DNA of 64,000 nt, taken from the IMG/VR virus record IMGVR_UViG_3300032123_000052, positions 96,001 to 160,000 of that record; one strand, given 5' to 3'. The notes beneath the pieces were generated by a model. The model worked only from the letters and a program-made list of their open reading frames with translations. It was not told the DNA's origin and searched no databases. How positions within the stretch are numbered: position 1 is the first letter of the stretch; each line of letters begins with the position of its first letter. The translations under genes and the position numbers were made by a program. This document shows positions 46,419-55,018 of the stretch, piece by piece. The DNA comes from a virus. Taxonomy: Duplodnaviria; Caudoviricetes.

Positions 46419-46658
46419 TTAGTATTTCTTAATAACCTCCACATCATAATGATCAAGATATTTATCTATTAATTTGTTAACAACAAAGTTTAGGCTGAGC
46501 GGCCTTTTCAGAATTAATTTTTTAATATTTCCAGCAGAAGCTTCTGCAAGCATACCAATATTGTCAAGCTTGAATTCTTTAATAAGTTGGTTCTGTATCA
46601 TCTCACTAATCATGTTCAGGTTTTTAGAATCAATCTTTTGTTTTTCTTTGTTAAGCAT
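46419..46658 (-). CDS. hypothetical protein
   Basis: AGGAGG RBS just downstream of the tRNA. Confidence 0.65.
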   Translation of the reverse strand: MLNKEKQKIDSKNLNMISEMIQNQLIKEFKLDNIGMLAEASAGNIKKLILKRPLSLNFVVNKLIDKYLDHYDVEVIKKY

Positions 46659-46682
46659 ATACTTCCTCCTAAAATTTTATAG

Positions 46683-46755
46683 TACTTCCGGTAGGATTCG
46701 AACCTACGACCCCCTGCTTAAATGGCAGGTGCTCTACCAACTAAGCTACGGAAGT
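46683..46755 (-). tRNA. tRNA-Lys(TTT) with A33
   Basis: Full cloverleaf: ACTTCCG/CGGAAGT acceptor, AGCTTAGTTGGTAGAGC D arm, CCTGC-CATTTAA-GCAGG, GTAGG-TTCGAAT-CCTAC; CCA not encoded. Confidence 0.9.
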
Positions 46756-46882
46756 ATATAAAAGTTTAATAAACATAACCATTCTATTGTTACACAAAGG
46801 GTTGGTGGCGCCTTTCAGCAACCACCGCACCTTTCCTGTATTTTATGTATCTGTGACAATATCAATAAGACCACCATCGGCG

Positions 46883-47503
46883 TTATCGAGCATTGTTCTT
46901 CGATTTTGTGGCTTTCTTCTTGGTTGTCTTTTTCTTTGCTGTCTTTTTCACCTTGGTATTTTTCTCATCAGGATCATCGCCACCAGGCAATATCCCAGCC
47001 TGTACGAGTTCACCCTTTTTCTGCTCGAGAACCTCATCGGGAATATCCAGATTCTCTATGAATGTGGCGAGGAAGCTTTTTCCCATCTTGGCCATTATTT
47101 CAGAACGGTCCTCAACAGCATCTTCGACATAATCACTTATCGACTCGCCACAATTCGTCGATAATTCAGCCATTACATGACCGACGTTTGGTTGTTTTTC
47201 ATAAGCGTCAGTAAGCTCTTGAACTGCTTCAAAGAGTTCTATACACTTATTATAAGTGTGCTCAGCAGGGCCGGCAAGATCAGCGACTATCGTCGCAACC
47301 TCGTCAGCATTCTCGTGAAGTGTTGCTTCCATAGCATCAACACCAGCCCCCATGGCTTTGAAAATATCTGAATACATCATCCCAAATTGATTTATTATCC
47401 CAGTAAGTTCTCTGAGATTGATTTTCTGGATACGGCTTTTAACAACCTTTTTGACGATAAGTTTTTTTACTGATCCAAATAGGTTAATCATAAAATCCTC
47501 CAA
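46883..47503 (-). CDS. hypothetical protein with histone-H1-like Lys-rich tail
   Basis: Acidic helical body; KKTAKKKTTKKKATKSK C-terminus. Confidence 0.7.
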   Translation of the reverse strand: MEDFMINLFGSVKKLIVKKVVKSRIQKINLRELTGIINQFGMMYSDIFKAMGAGVDAMEATLHENADEVATIVADLAGPAEHTYNKCIELFEAVQELTDAYEKQPNVGHVMAELSTNCGESISDYVEDAVEDRSEIMAKMGKSFLATFIENLDIPDEVLEQKKGELVQAGILPGGDDPDEKNTKVKKTAKKKTTKKKATKSKNNAR

Positions 47504-47673
47504 AGATATGCGCCAAAGCGTAGCGCGTTTATAAATGAAATTCCATCAGCAATTAAACCGCCACGATTTTTCATTATCTCAATGATTTTATTATCACCGA
47601 AATTGTCATCATGATAATGGCGGCGCAAACCGTAATGATACCCCTGAAAATATTTGGTATCACTATGTTGCAT
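47488..47673 (-). CDS. hypothetical protein
   Basis: GAGG RBS. Confidence 0.5.
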   Translation of the reverse strand: MQHSDTKYFQGYHYGLRRHYHDDNFGDNKIIEIMKNRGGLIADGISFINALRFGAYLWRIL

Positions 47674-47756
47674 GATCCATTTTATACCTCATGTTAAATG
47701 TTGCATTTTACATTTCGCAAATGTCAAGCATTTTCTTTTCTGTCGGCCAGTCGTTT

Positions 47757-48137
47757 TCATAAAGGCCATTCCTGAAATAATGCTATGGAATTTGCGTAAT
47801 ATTGTGTGCCGTCATGAGTGGCACACTTTTTCAATAATGCCCATCCCCACAGACGATTTGCCTGAAAGGAATAATATGTTTTTGTTATTTGAGGGTTTGT
47901 CCCTGTCTTTTCCACGTCCTCAAAAATGAACAACATCTCCATCTGGGTTTTTATCGCTTCGTGAACAGATGGGGAAATTCTAATAAGTTTTCCCTCATTT
48001 GCTCTCTCTTTTAATGTTAATTCGATGTATTTTTCAAAATCGTCATCGTTAAGTGATTTTCTTGATTTTTTCCAGTCGCTTATCGTTGCCGCGTCGGTTC
48101 TGAGTTTCGCAAGTACTTCCAATCTTGTGTGTTTCAT
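47757..48137 (-). CDS. hypothetical protein
   Basis: AGGAG RBS. Confidence 0.7.
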   Translation of the reverse strand: MKHTRLEVLAKLRTDAATISDWKKSRKSLNDDDFEKYIELTLKERANEGKLIRISPSVHEAIKTQMEMLFIFEDVEKTGTNPQITKTYYSFQANRLWGWALLKKCATHDGTQYYANSIALFQEWPL

Positions 48138-48161
48138 TTACAATCTCCTGTTAATTGTTTT

Positions 48162-48416
48162 TTACATTTCGCAATTGCGAACACAATTATTCTTTCCGAC
48201 TCTTATTATCTGAGAACTATTTTCATATAACAGTTGAATGATATAGCTGCCCAATATTTCATCCAATGTTAATTTTTTAATGTTAACTGACTCAACCATT
48301 TCCAAAAAATCACCGTTTTTATAAACTGAAAACGTGCCTTCGTCATTTATTTTAATTTCTATCATTCTCCACCTCCTGTTAATTGTTTTCGTTTTCGCCT
48401 CTCGCCGGCCTCTCAA
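48162..48416 (-). CDS. hypothetical protein (likely start MIEIKIN)
   Basis: AGGAGG RBS before the internal Met. Confidence 0.6.
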   Translation of the reverse strand: MRGRREAKTKTINRRWRMIEIKINDEGTFSVYKNGDFLEMVESVNIKKLTLDEILGSYIIQLLYENSSQIIRVGKNNCVRNCEM

Positions 48417-48618
48417 CCTGGGGCGCTATCCTGTTTGCCGGGGATTCGCCTCGGCACGTGGTTAATTATTTAATTCGTTTTCTCCATTTTCTCTGCACGT
48501 CTCTATCCATCCAGTTGAAGAGACAATAGTCAGCAGGAATCGGATCCCCTGCATATATTTTCCGAGGTTCATTGTTTTGAATTTTTTAATATCCGTTAAT
48601 GATAATTATTTCTCTTAC

Positions 48619-48652
48619 AATATACTTATACCAGATTCCGAGACTTTCTAAC
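48619..48652 (-). promoter_or_regulatory. phage promoter motif copy
   Basis: GTTAGA-N13-TGGTATAAG-TATATT. Confidence 0.6.
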
Positions 48653-48717
48653 ACCCTGATGGCTAAAAAAAAGCTCAACTCATAGTCAAGCGACGCAACC
48701 TCTTAGCGCGTCATCAA

Positions 48718-49494
48718 TTATAGAGATAGAGCTTCTTCTGGTATACTGATGGGAAGTGTTGGTTTTTCTATCCGCACACACGGTGCGTTAATTACATCCG
48801 CAAATGATTTCATATTATTAATATCTATATCAGGACTATGCCACTGAACGGGCTTAATCATTTCTGGGGACAGAAAGGTTTTTGCAATAAATACGTTACC
48901 AAAATCCTCGAGCACAACTACACCAGACACTATGTTGAGATGGTAATGGTTCTCAATTTTTCCATATTCAAATGGAGAACCAATTATCATCATTGATAAG
49001 ACATCTACTGTGGTTGGGAAAGAGCCGGCAATTGCCTTTATCCTATCCATAATAAATTCGTACACAATAGGATCAACACGCTCTTCAAATCGCTCAAGAC
49101 AATGTTCGGTATAGAAAATATTACCACACGCTTTGTGATAATTTGCACCGAACAACCTGCCATGATCTGTAACAGTAAATACTCGATCAAGATTGGTTTT
49201 GAACTGTATGTGATAATTGCCTTTTAGTTTGAAATTAGTCATATTGACCCATTTTCCGTATTTTTTACGAATTCGTATAGCAACATATTCTTTTATTTTT
49301 TTCTCTTTACGTTTACTAATCCGTTTCTTGGCAAAGGTTTTGCCAAGCGTTTTATTACACGCCTCGCTGAAGATAAGATTCATCATCGCATCATTGTATT
49401 TCTCGAGGGAAACAGTTTCAAAGTGTTCGTTCAACAGGGCAAGATAAACCTGCTCCTGCTCTTTATTTCTTGTGATAGAGCTTTTTCTTTCCAT
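48718..49494 (-). CDS. hypothetical protein
   Basis: 258 aa; YTEHCLERFEER motif. Confidence 0.7.
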   Translation of the reverse strand: MERKSSITRNKEQEQVYLALLNEHFETVSLEKYNDAMMNLIFSEACNKTLGKTFAKKRISKRKEKKIKEYVAIRIRKKYGKWVNMTNFKLKGNYHIQFKTNLDRVFTVTDHGRLFGANYHKACGNIFYTEHCLERFEERVDPIVYEFIMDRIKAIAGSFPTTVDVLSMMIIGSPFEYGKIENHYHLNIVSGVVVLEDFGNVFIAKTFLSPEMIKPVQWHSPDIDINNMKSFADVINAPCVRIEKPTLPISIPEEALSL

Positions 49495-49528
49495 TTATTT
49501 ACTTTCGCACCCCTTTTGGTTAAAGTAA

Positions 49529-49627
49529 GGAAAGCCTCGCCCGAGTCTCGGGTGAAACAAAACGTCCGGTAGTGAAGTTGCAGCCGCACCAACCGGAAGA
49601 CGCATGCCTTTTAAGGCGAGGCAGTCC
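49529..49627 (-). ncRNA. four-way-junction RNA / cis-regulatory element candidate
   Basis: GCCTCG/CGAGGC closing stem with three internal hairpins; GC-rich island 35 nt upstream of ORF 49494. Confidence 0.55.
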
Positions 49628-49693
49628 TAATTTTTAGTCCAGAAAAGCTACATCCTATTTTTGTATTGTTGTAATATTTTAAAATATTTATAA

Positions 49694-50602
49694 TCACTCC
49701 ACCTTATATTTTTTACTTACTACTTCAGATAGCTCGGGACCCTTCCAGTACGGAAGTATCCAGATTCTTTTCCGCAATAAATACCCTTTCCCGTACGCCT
49801 GATTAGTCCAATGTCCACGAACAATAAAGCGCTTATCAATTGTGCGACCAGTCTTCTCGCTGTGAATAGATATATATCTCTTCGGCGGTCGAAGCAGAAT
49901 GAATTCGCTTCTTACCTTATTCTTCTTACCACCCAGTTTGTATTGAACGCAATGTCTGGATTCTGTTTCGGCGGGAACTCTGGTCGAATCATTGATATAC
50001 ATTATTGTGTTGAAAAAGATATTTACTGCACGTTGGGCCTCAGGAAGCGTTACCACACCCCGATTCTTAACTCTTGGTGCAACTTTACACGCCGTCTTAA
50101 TAGTTTCATTATTGCGAAGATTAACCCACATATGGTCGAGCCCGTAATCACCTAAACCTGGAGACAGGCCTGAAATTGACACGTCCCAATCTACGCTATC
50201 GCGCACTTCTCCATCTCTTGTTATTATCATTGTATCAACAGCAGTGCTAATTGCAGATCTGTCAATAAACAGTAGTGCGTAAACACTCGCGTCTTCATTT
50301 TCCCTCATATCGACTTTGTACAATGGCTTCTCACCCTCTATTAGAAAAGTCTTAAATGGGTATTTAAAATCAGAAGGTTTGATATCAAGAGGAACATCAG
50401 TTAGCGCAAATGCATCAATAAGCTCTTTCGATAACCTGAATGTTTTGGCGCCATTGTCAAGCCACACCTGCAACTTTGCATATAACGTAGAAAACTCATA
50501 AATAATACTCATTGCGTAGTTACTCATACTTTGGGATGTTGTTTTTTTTTTCATTGATAACACAAGAGCTTTTGTCTCCTCCATTCTCTTAAATATATTC
50601 AT
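49694..50602 (-). CDS. hypothetical phage protein with C-terminal VRGHW motif
   Basis: FIVRGHWTNQAYG...RKRIWILPYWKGP. Confidence 0.7.
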   Translation of the reverse strand: MNIFKRMEETKALVLSMKKKTTSQSMSNYAMSIIYEFSTLYAKLQVWLDNGAKTFRLSKELIDAFALTDVPLDIKPSDFKYPFKTFLIEGEKPLYKVDMRENEDASVYALLFIDRSAISTAVDTMIITRDGEVRDSVDWDVSISGLSPGLGDYGLDHMWVNLRNNETIKTACKVAPRVKNRGVVTLPEAQRAVNIFFNTIMYINDSTRVPAETESRHCVQYKLGGKKNKVRSEFILLRPPKRYISIHSEKTGRTIDKRFIVRGHWTNQAYGKGYLLRKRIWILPYWKGPELSEVVSKKYKVE

Positions 50603-50630
50603 ATTATCCTCCTAATTAAAAAAGGCGCCT

Positions 50631-50711
50631 TTAAAGCGCCATTGTGTGGGCAAGGTTTATCATGAATAACACTATGACGATACATACCCAGAATAAAATC
50701 TTCCACTTCAT
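50631..50711 (-). CDS. 26-aa hydrophobic peptide
   Basis: MKWKILFWVCIVIVLFMINLAHTMAL; AGGAGG RBS; GGCGC/GCGCC terminator overlapping the stop. Confidence 0.6.
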   Translation of the reverse strand: MKWKILFWVCIVIVLFMINLAHTMAL

Positions 50712-50813
50712 GCTACCCTCCTTAAATAATGGCGGCCAGGATCCATAGGCCAGACATACCTAAAACATAAGTATGGCTACCCTACTTATCAACCAGCCGC
50801 CGTACCCGTATTT

Positions 50814-50990
50814 CTACGAGTCCAATAAGTGCGAAAATTCAGAATCGTCGTCTATTGATACTTCCTGCCGATACGATGTTTGTACATCGTTGCCAAATTG
50901 GTCCTCAAAATTATTCTCTGGAAAATAGAAATAATTATCTTTCTTCTGAATCCTATCTTCCGGATCTTGCAAATCTTCAAAGAGTGACAC
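50814..50990 (-). CDS. 58-aa highly acidic protein (GTG start)
   Basis: AGGAGG RBS; first ORF after promoter 51032-51065. Confidence 0.55.
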   Translation of the reverse strand: MSLFEDLQDPEDRIQKKDNYFYFPENNFEDQFGNDVQTSYRQEVSIDDDSEFSHLLDS

Positions 50991-51031
50991 GCATCCTCCT
51001 ATTAATAAAAAAATTATACTTATCCGTTAAC

Positions 51032-51065
51032 ATTATTGTTATACCATGAATATAAAAATAATCAC
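51032..51065 (-). promoter_or_regulatory. phage promoter motif copy
   Basis: GTGATT-N13-TGGTATAAC-AATAAT. Confidence 0.65.
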
Positions 51066-51096
51066 ACCAATTTGCTACACTTTCATTCTTTTTTTT

Positions 51097-51717
51097 CTAC
51101 GATCGATTTAGAGGAAAATACCCTTGTTTTATCAGCATTTTCTTAACAAGTTGTAATTCAACACGATATGCGTCACGATCATCGTGGTGCTTCTTCTCGA
51201 ATTCTCTTACATACTTTCTCGCCTCCTTAATATTCTTTGCCACGAAATAGAAATAACCGTTCAGATAGTTACTGTAAACATTTTTGTAGATATATATGAA
51301 TATCTGTTTCGCCTGTTGTGGTTTGAGCTTCCTCTTCTTGTCTATACGTGCTTTAAAATCTTCTGGAGCTTCGACACCTTCAGTTGGTTCAAGCAGTTCA
51401 GGTTTATAATCTCTCGATCCGGAATGATCTTTTGGATTTTCCATCATCTGTAATGGCCCACCAAACCAGCTAAATACCACCATCCCATCATTAGCTTTAA
51501 ATACATCAACATTACCAATGCAGTCGCTAGATCTTGGAACTTTACTGAGCCAATCAATTGCCATTTGCTGGAACTCAACCTTGCTGGCGTCCATTACAAA
51601 CCCCAATTGGTCCTTTTCCATCGGTTTGTTTAAAAGACCTACTGATTGTGGTGATGATTGAATTCCCAACACACCTTTGTAAACAAACACTTGTGTTTTC
51701 ACATTTACCCCTTTCAT
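51097..51717 (-). CDS. hypothetical protein
   Basis: 206-aa ORF. Confidence 0.65.
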   Translation of the reverse strand: MKGVNVKTQVFVYKGVLGIQSSPQSVGLLNKPMEKDQLGFVMDASKVEFQQMAIDWLSKVPRSSDCIGNVDVFKANDGMVVFSWFGGPLQMMENPKDHSGSRDYKPELLEPTEGVEAPEDFKARIDKKRKLKPQQAKQIFIYIYKNVYSNYLNGYFYFVAKNIKEARKYVREFEKKHHDDRDAYRVELQLVKKMLIKQGYFPLNRS

Positions 51718-51795
51718 GTTAGTTAAAAAAAAGGAATCAAGCCTGTACAGCGCTCAATTCCTGATCTTGTCGTAAATATAGCCGGGACAATCAAT

Positions 51796-51915
51796 TTACT
51801 GCTCGTCAGTCTTCTTTTCTTTCTTAGTTCTCTTTTTGAAGATTTTCGGAGCAAAAATAGTACCCAACACGCCAACAGCAACGCTACCAGCATATTTTAA
51901 GATCTCCTTAACCAT
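51796..51915 (-). CDS. 39-aa membrane peptide with basic tail
   Basis: MVKEILKYAGSVAVGVLGTIFAPKIFKKRTKKRKKTDEQ; follows promoter 51963-51996. Confidence 0.6.
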   Translation of the reverse strand: MVKEILKYAGSVAVGVLGTIFAPKIFKKRTKKEKKTDEQ

Positions 51916-51962
51916 AATGGAGCCCCTTTCTCCCCACAGTAGTGAGGACTGTTTGTGTCTAC

Positions 51963-51996
51963 ATTATACTTATACCAGATAATGCAGAATAATCAC
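51963..51996 (-). promoter_or_regulatory. phage promoter motif copy
   Basis: GTGATT-N13-TGGTATAAG-TATAAT. Confidence 0.7.
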
Positions 51997-51999
51997 GAT

Positions 52000-52176
52000 T
52001 TTTTTTTGATAGTTAAATGAAATCTGACACATTTCTTCCATTGACTTTTCACTACTCTCCTACTACTCTTGCTTCTTTCGTTTTACTATACTACTCTTCA
52101 CTCGTTCTTCCGTTTTCGTTACTTCGTTTGCGGCTTATGTGTGCTCCATGCCAGTTGCCCGGCTGGAGCTACAAAC
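52000..52176 (-). ncRNA. small RNA candidate with purine-rich repeats
   Basis: Own promoter; two 5' hairpins (one with a GCAA loop); then AAACGAA/AACGAA and GAGTAGT repeats; no plausible ORF. Confidence 0.55.
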
Positions 52177-52182
52177 TCCATT

Positions 52183-52216
52183 ACTATATTTATACCAGAT
52201 TATGTGCCAAAATCAC
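52183..52216 (-). promoter_or_regulatory. phage promoter motif copy
   Basis: GTGATT-N13-TGGTATAAA-TATAGT. Confidence 0.7.
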
Positions 52217-52237
52217 ACAACTTGCAACCAAATTTAT

Positions 52238-52639
52238 TTACATATCTTCCAGCATCTTTTCCAGCGTCACTTTATCCATATCTTTGAGAGCGCCGACCTT
52301 CTTCTCATGAAGAATCTCCAATATTTGCTCTTTCTTAGCTTTGGTAGCAGCGGCCTTCTCAACCCTGGCGGCAACATCGATCTTATAATCTATCACACGC
52401 CTTACGATACCGAGACTAACCTTAGCATCTGTATTTTCAACAGTCTGCTTAACAACATAGGATTCTTCATCAGCACTGTTCTTCAGTGCCTTATTCAAAC
52501 CCTTCTCAATATAATCGAGAGAAATTCCATCATTTTCAAAAGTCAGTGGCAGGTCCCAAAGGTCTTCAGTCGTAAGATTACCAATTCTTGTTCCAAACCT
52601 TAATTTCTTGCGACTGGCATATTCGAATAGCTCAACCAT
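52238..52639 (-). CDS. conserved-looking phage coiled-coil protein
   Basis: LFEYASRKKLRF...TEDLWDLPL; adjacent to the 671-aa ORF. Confidence 0.7.
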   Translation of the reverse strand: MVELFEYASRKKLRFGTRIGNLTTEDLWDLPLTFENDGISLDYIEKGLNKALKNSADEESYVVKQTVENTDAKVSLGIVRRVIDYKIDVAARVEKAAATKAKKEQILEILHEKKVGALKDMDKVTLEKMLEDM

Positions 52640-52651
52640 GAAAAACTCCTT

Positions 52652-54667
52652 TTAAAAGTTTATTTTGATTGTGCGGGAAAAGCTCCCGCTTAATTTGCAA
52701 AGAACCGATGCGTCTTTGGTGCTTGAGAATCCTAGACCACTTAGTTGATTATCAGCCTTTTCAACCTTCAGTTTGGATCCCAATACCTCGAACACTTTCC
52801 GATGCTCAGTTAACTCATTGCTAAGGAATTCGTTGAAGAACCCCCTGGCTCTTTTATCATTTTTACATCCATCAAGTATGAAAAATACATGCCTGTTACC
52901 TGTTTTATGACCATCCCAATGATTGGGAGAATTCATAATAAGAGAAGCCTTATAGAACTGCTGTGTTGAAATATTCCAAACGGCTTTCTTTGCTGCGGTC
53001 GATGGCAGTGATTCGATGAACTTTATCCCATCCTTTTTCGATAACTCAAATTCTGCCACAGTGACATCGCGAGATACACGCTTGCCATAATGGAACTTAT
53101 GGATATTCCCACCGTATTCAATCTCAGCATCGAACCCAACATCAACATCTTCACGCTGACCATATTGACGTATGAATAATTTGTACTTACCTTTATTCAT
53201 TTTGGCCAAGTTGGGCCATACAATATTCTCAACAGCGTTTCTTGAACCAGAGTTCTCAACATTCATATCAACATCAAGATTTCCGCCTGTATTAGATATC
53301 TTGTTGGCAAAATAAATATCATTACCACCAGGCTCTATAACATGAATATCCAAATCGTCGTAATTAAACCACCCGAGTGAGCACCGAAGTACCCCGTTGA
53401 TATTGCCACCAGCAGTCTTCACCCTTTCCTTAATAGAATCGGCAACCTCACCGCTATATGCCCAGGAAAAGTTATTATCCCATTGAAAAATATGTTTTGC
53501 ATCAATATTCATTGGTGCTATGAGACTCATTAAATTGTTTATATGACGGTTCTCAAACATCAACTCAACAGTATCTACCCTCGGAAGAATATCACTTATA
53601 AAAGTGTCAATTCCAACCTCCTCGACTTTATCAAACTTCTTTGCATCAAGCGGAACATTGCTTTCAATAGCGTCGAATACACCCATCGACTTTCTCGCCT
53701 CCCTATCTGCGAAAAGAACATTATTAACAGCGATGTCCTCAGTAACCGCAAACCTTCTTGTAAGAGAATCTTCGATGCCAAGTTCGGCAACCTTCTTCTG
53801 TGCTTCTGTTATCATACCTTTGGTAATAAGTGCAGTTGGGCGCTTATAGTTTTCTGGAGCAACCTTCGATTCGAACATCCTGACAGCTTCGTTAAGATCC
53901 ATATCGCTGGACATGTCAACAAGCAATGTTCCGATAACAGAATTCTTCATCCGTGAGCTTCCTCCAAGTTCCATTGATTCAACCCAGCAATAGTTATCAC
54001 GATCTTTTTCAGGAATTTTGTCAAATTTCTTTTTCTTTTTTATAAATAACTCAACTGTAGCTTTATGCTCTTCACCCCTGTACAGAGAATTCTGTTCAAT
54101 AAGGTCGAGGCATGTCTCAGCAGCCGATAAAGATATTTCATTCATACCTCTTATGAACAAATCTTTATTGGTATTTAAATGAGACATCGTAGTGCCCATT
54201 TCATCATTTGGCTTTATAATTGTTTTAGGGAGCTTTATAAAGAAGTGCTCCCACTTTATTGTTTCCCCGTCTTCAAGGAGTTGAATATTATAATCATTCC
54301 CAACAGTGTTCTGAAAATATAGAAACGGACTGGTTATTGCTTTAGACTTTACAACCTTTGACAGCGCCTCAGCAACAATTTTATACAGCCCATCTATTTC
54401 AATATCCCAAATAGAAACCGGTTTATTATTCACAATCGCAACCATGTGTCCACATGCTCTTATGAATTGTTTGCATGACTGGCAATCATACTCAGCGCGC
54501 TCTCTAAACATTTTATTAACACCTTCAGGAAAGCTACTGAGATAAGTTTCCCATAATAAATCTTTATCAACATCTACAGTGAAGAGCTTTAATCCCTTCA
54601 TAGAGTCGAACTGCTTTTGCACAGCGACCTTAAAATCTTTAAAAATTAATTCTTCCATTTTACCCAC
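52652..54667 (-). CDS. large phage protein with YfaP/DUF2135-like domain
   Basis: SLGWFNYDDLDIHVIEPGG...LDVDMN motif; CQSC in the N-terminus. Confidence 0.6.
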   Translation of the reverse strand: MGKMEELIFKDFKVAVQKQFDSMKGLKLFTVDVDKDLLWETYLSSFPEGVNKMFRERAEYDCQSCKQFIRACGHMVAIVNNKPVSIWDIEIDGLYKIVAEALSKVVKSKAITSPFLYFQNTVGNDYNIQLLEDGETIKWEHFFIKLPKTIIKPNDEMGTTMSHLNTNKDLFIRGMNEISLSAAETCLDLIEQNSLYRGEEHKATVELFIKKKKKFDKIPEKDRDNYCWVESMELGGSSRMKNSVIGTLLVDMSSDMDLNEAVRMFESKVAPENYKRPTALITKGMITEAQKKVAELGIEDSLTRRFAVTEDIAVNNVLFADREARKSMGVFDAIESNVPLDAKKFDKVEEVGIDTFISDILPRVDTVELMFENRHINNLMSLIAPMNIDAKHIFQWDNNFSWAYSGEVADSIKERVKTAGGNINGVLRCSLGWFNYDDLDIHVIEPGGNDIYFANKISNTGGNLDVDMNVENSGSRNAVENIVWPNLAKMNKGKYKLFIRQYGQREDVDVGFDAEIEYGGNIHKFHYGKRVSRDVTVAEFELSKKDGIKFIESLPSTAAKKAVWNISTQQFYKASLIMNSPNHWDGHKTGNRHVFFILDGCKNDKRARGFFNEFLSNELTEHRKVFEVLGSKLKVEKADNQLSGLGFSSTKDASVLCKLSGSFSRTIKINF

Positions 54668-54727
54668 CTACCGTTAAATTGGATTAATTGACATTAAAAA
54701 AAATGTATAATACGAATTGATATTTAC

Positions 54728-54761
54728 ACAATAGTTATACCAAAACAAATTCTATTATAAC
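54728..54761 (-). promoter_or_regulatory. phage promoter motif copy
   Basis: GTTATA-N13-TGGTATAAC-TATTGT. Confidence 0.65.
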
Positions 54762-55018
54762 CATTTTTTCTTTATTTTGCGATAAAATGGGGGCATTGAC
54801 ACCCTCCAGGCAAGATGTTTCGCACCGCAGCGCAAACAGAGTTTCCCGAAGAAAAGAAGGTATAGATAACTTACCTTCGATATTGATTTGCAGAATGGAC
54901 AGTTGATAAAGCTATGCTTACTCTTCTTCTCTATCTTCCATCGGTTGTGAATTAAAGCCGCGGGGTAAAATTTCAAGATTATACTTCGAAAGGATATTTT
55001 CTCCACCATTACCTCCAT
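54755..55018 (-). CDS. small zinc-ribbon protein
   Basis: CPFC...CLRC. Confidence 0.55.
   Translation of the reverse strand: MEVMVEKISFRSIILKFYPAALIHNRWKIEKKSKHSFINCPFCKSISKVSYLYLLFFGKLCLRCGAKHLAWRVSMPPFYRKIKKKWL

Noticed and set aside
46640-46683. Theta (HDV-like) ribozyme after tRNA-Lys
   Set aside because: Only about 25 AT-rich bases, containing the next RBS, follow the tRNA
48470-48590. Short ORFs in the leader after promoter 48619
   Set aside because: Two competing short frames, neither with a convincing RBS
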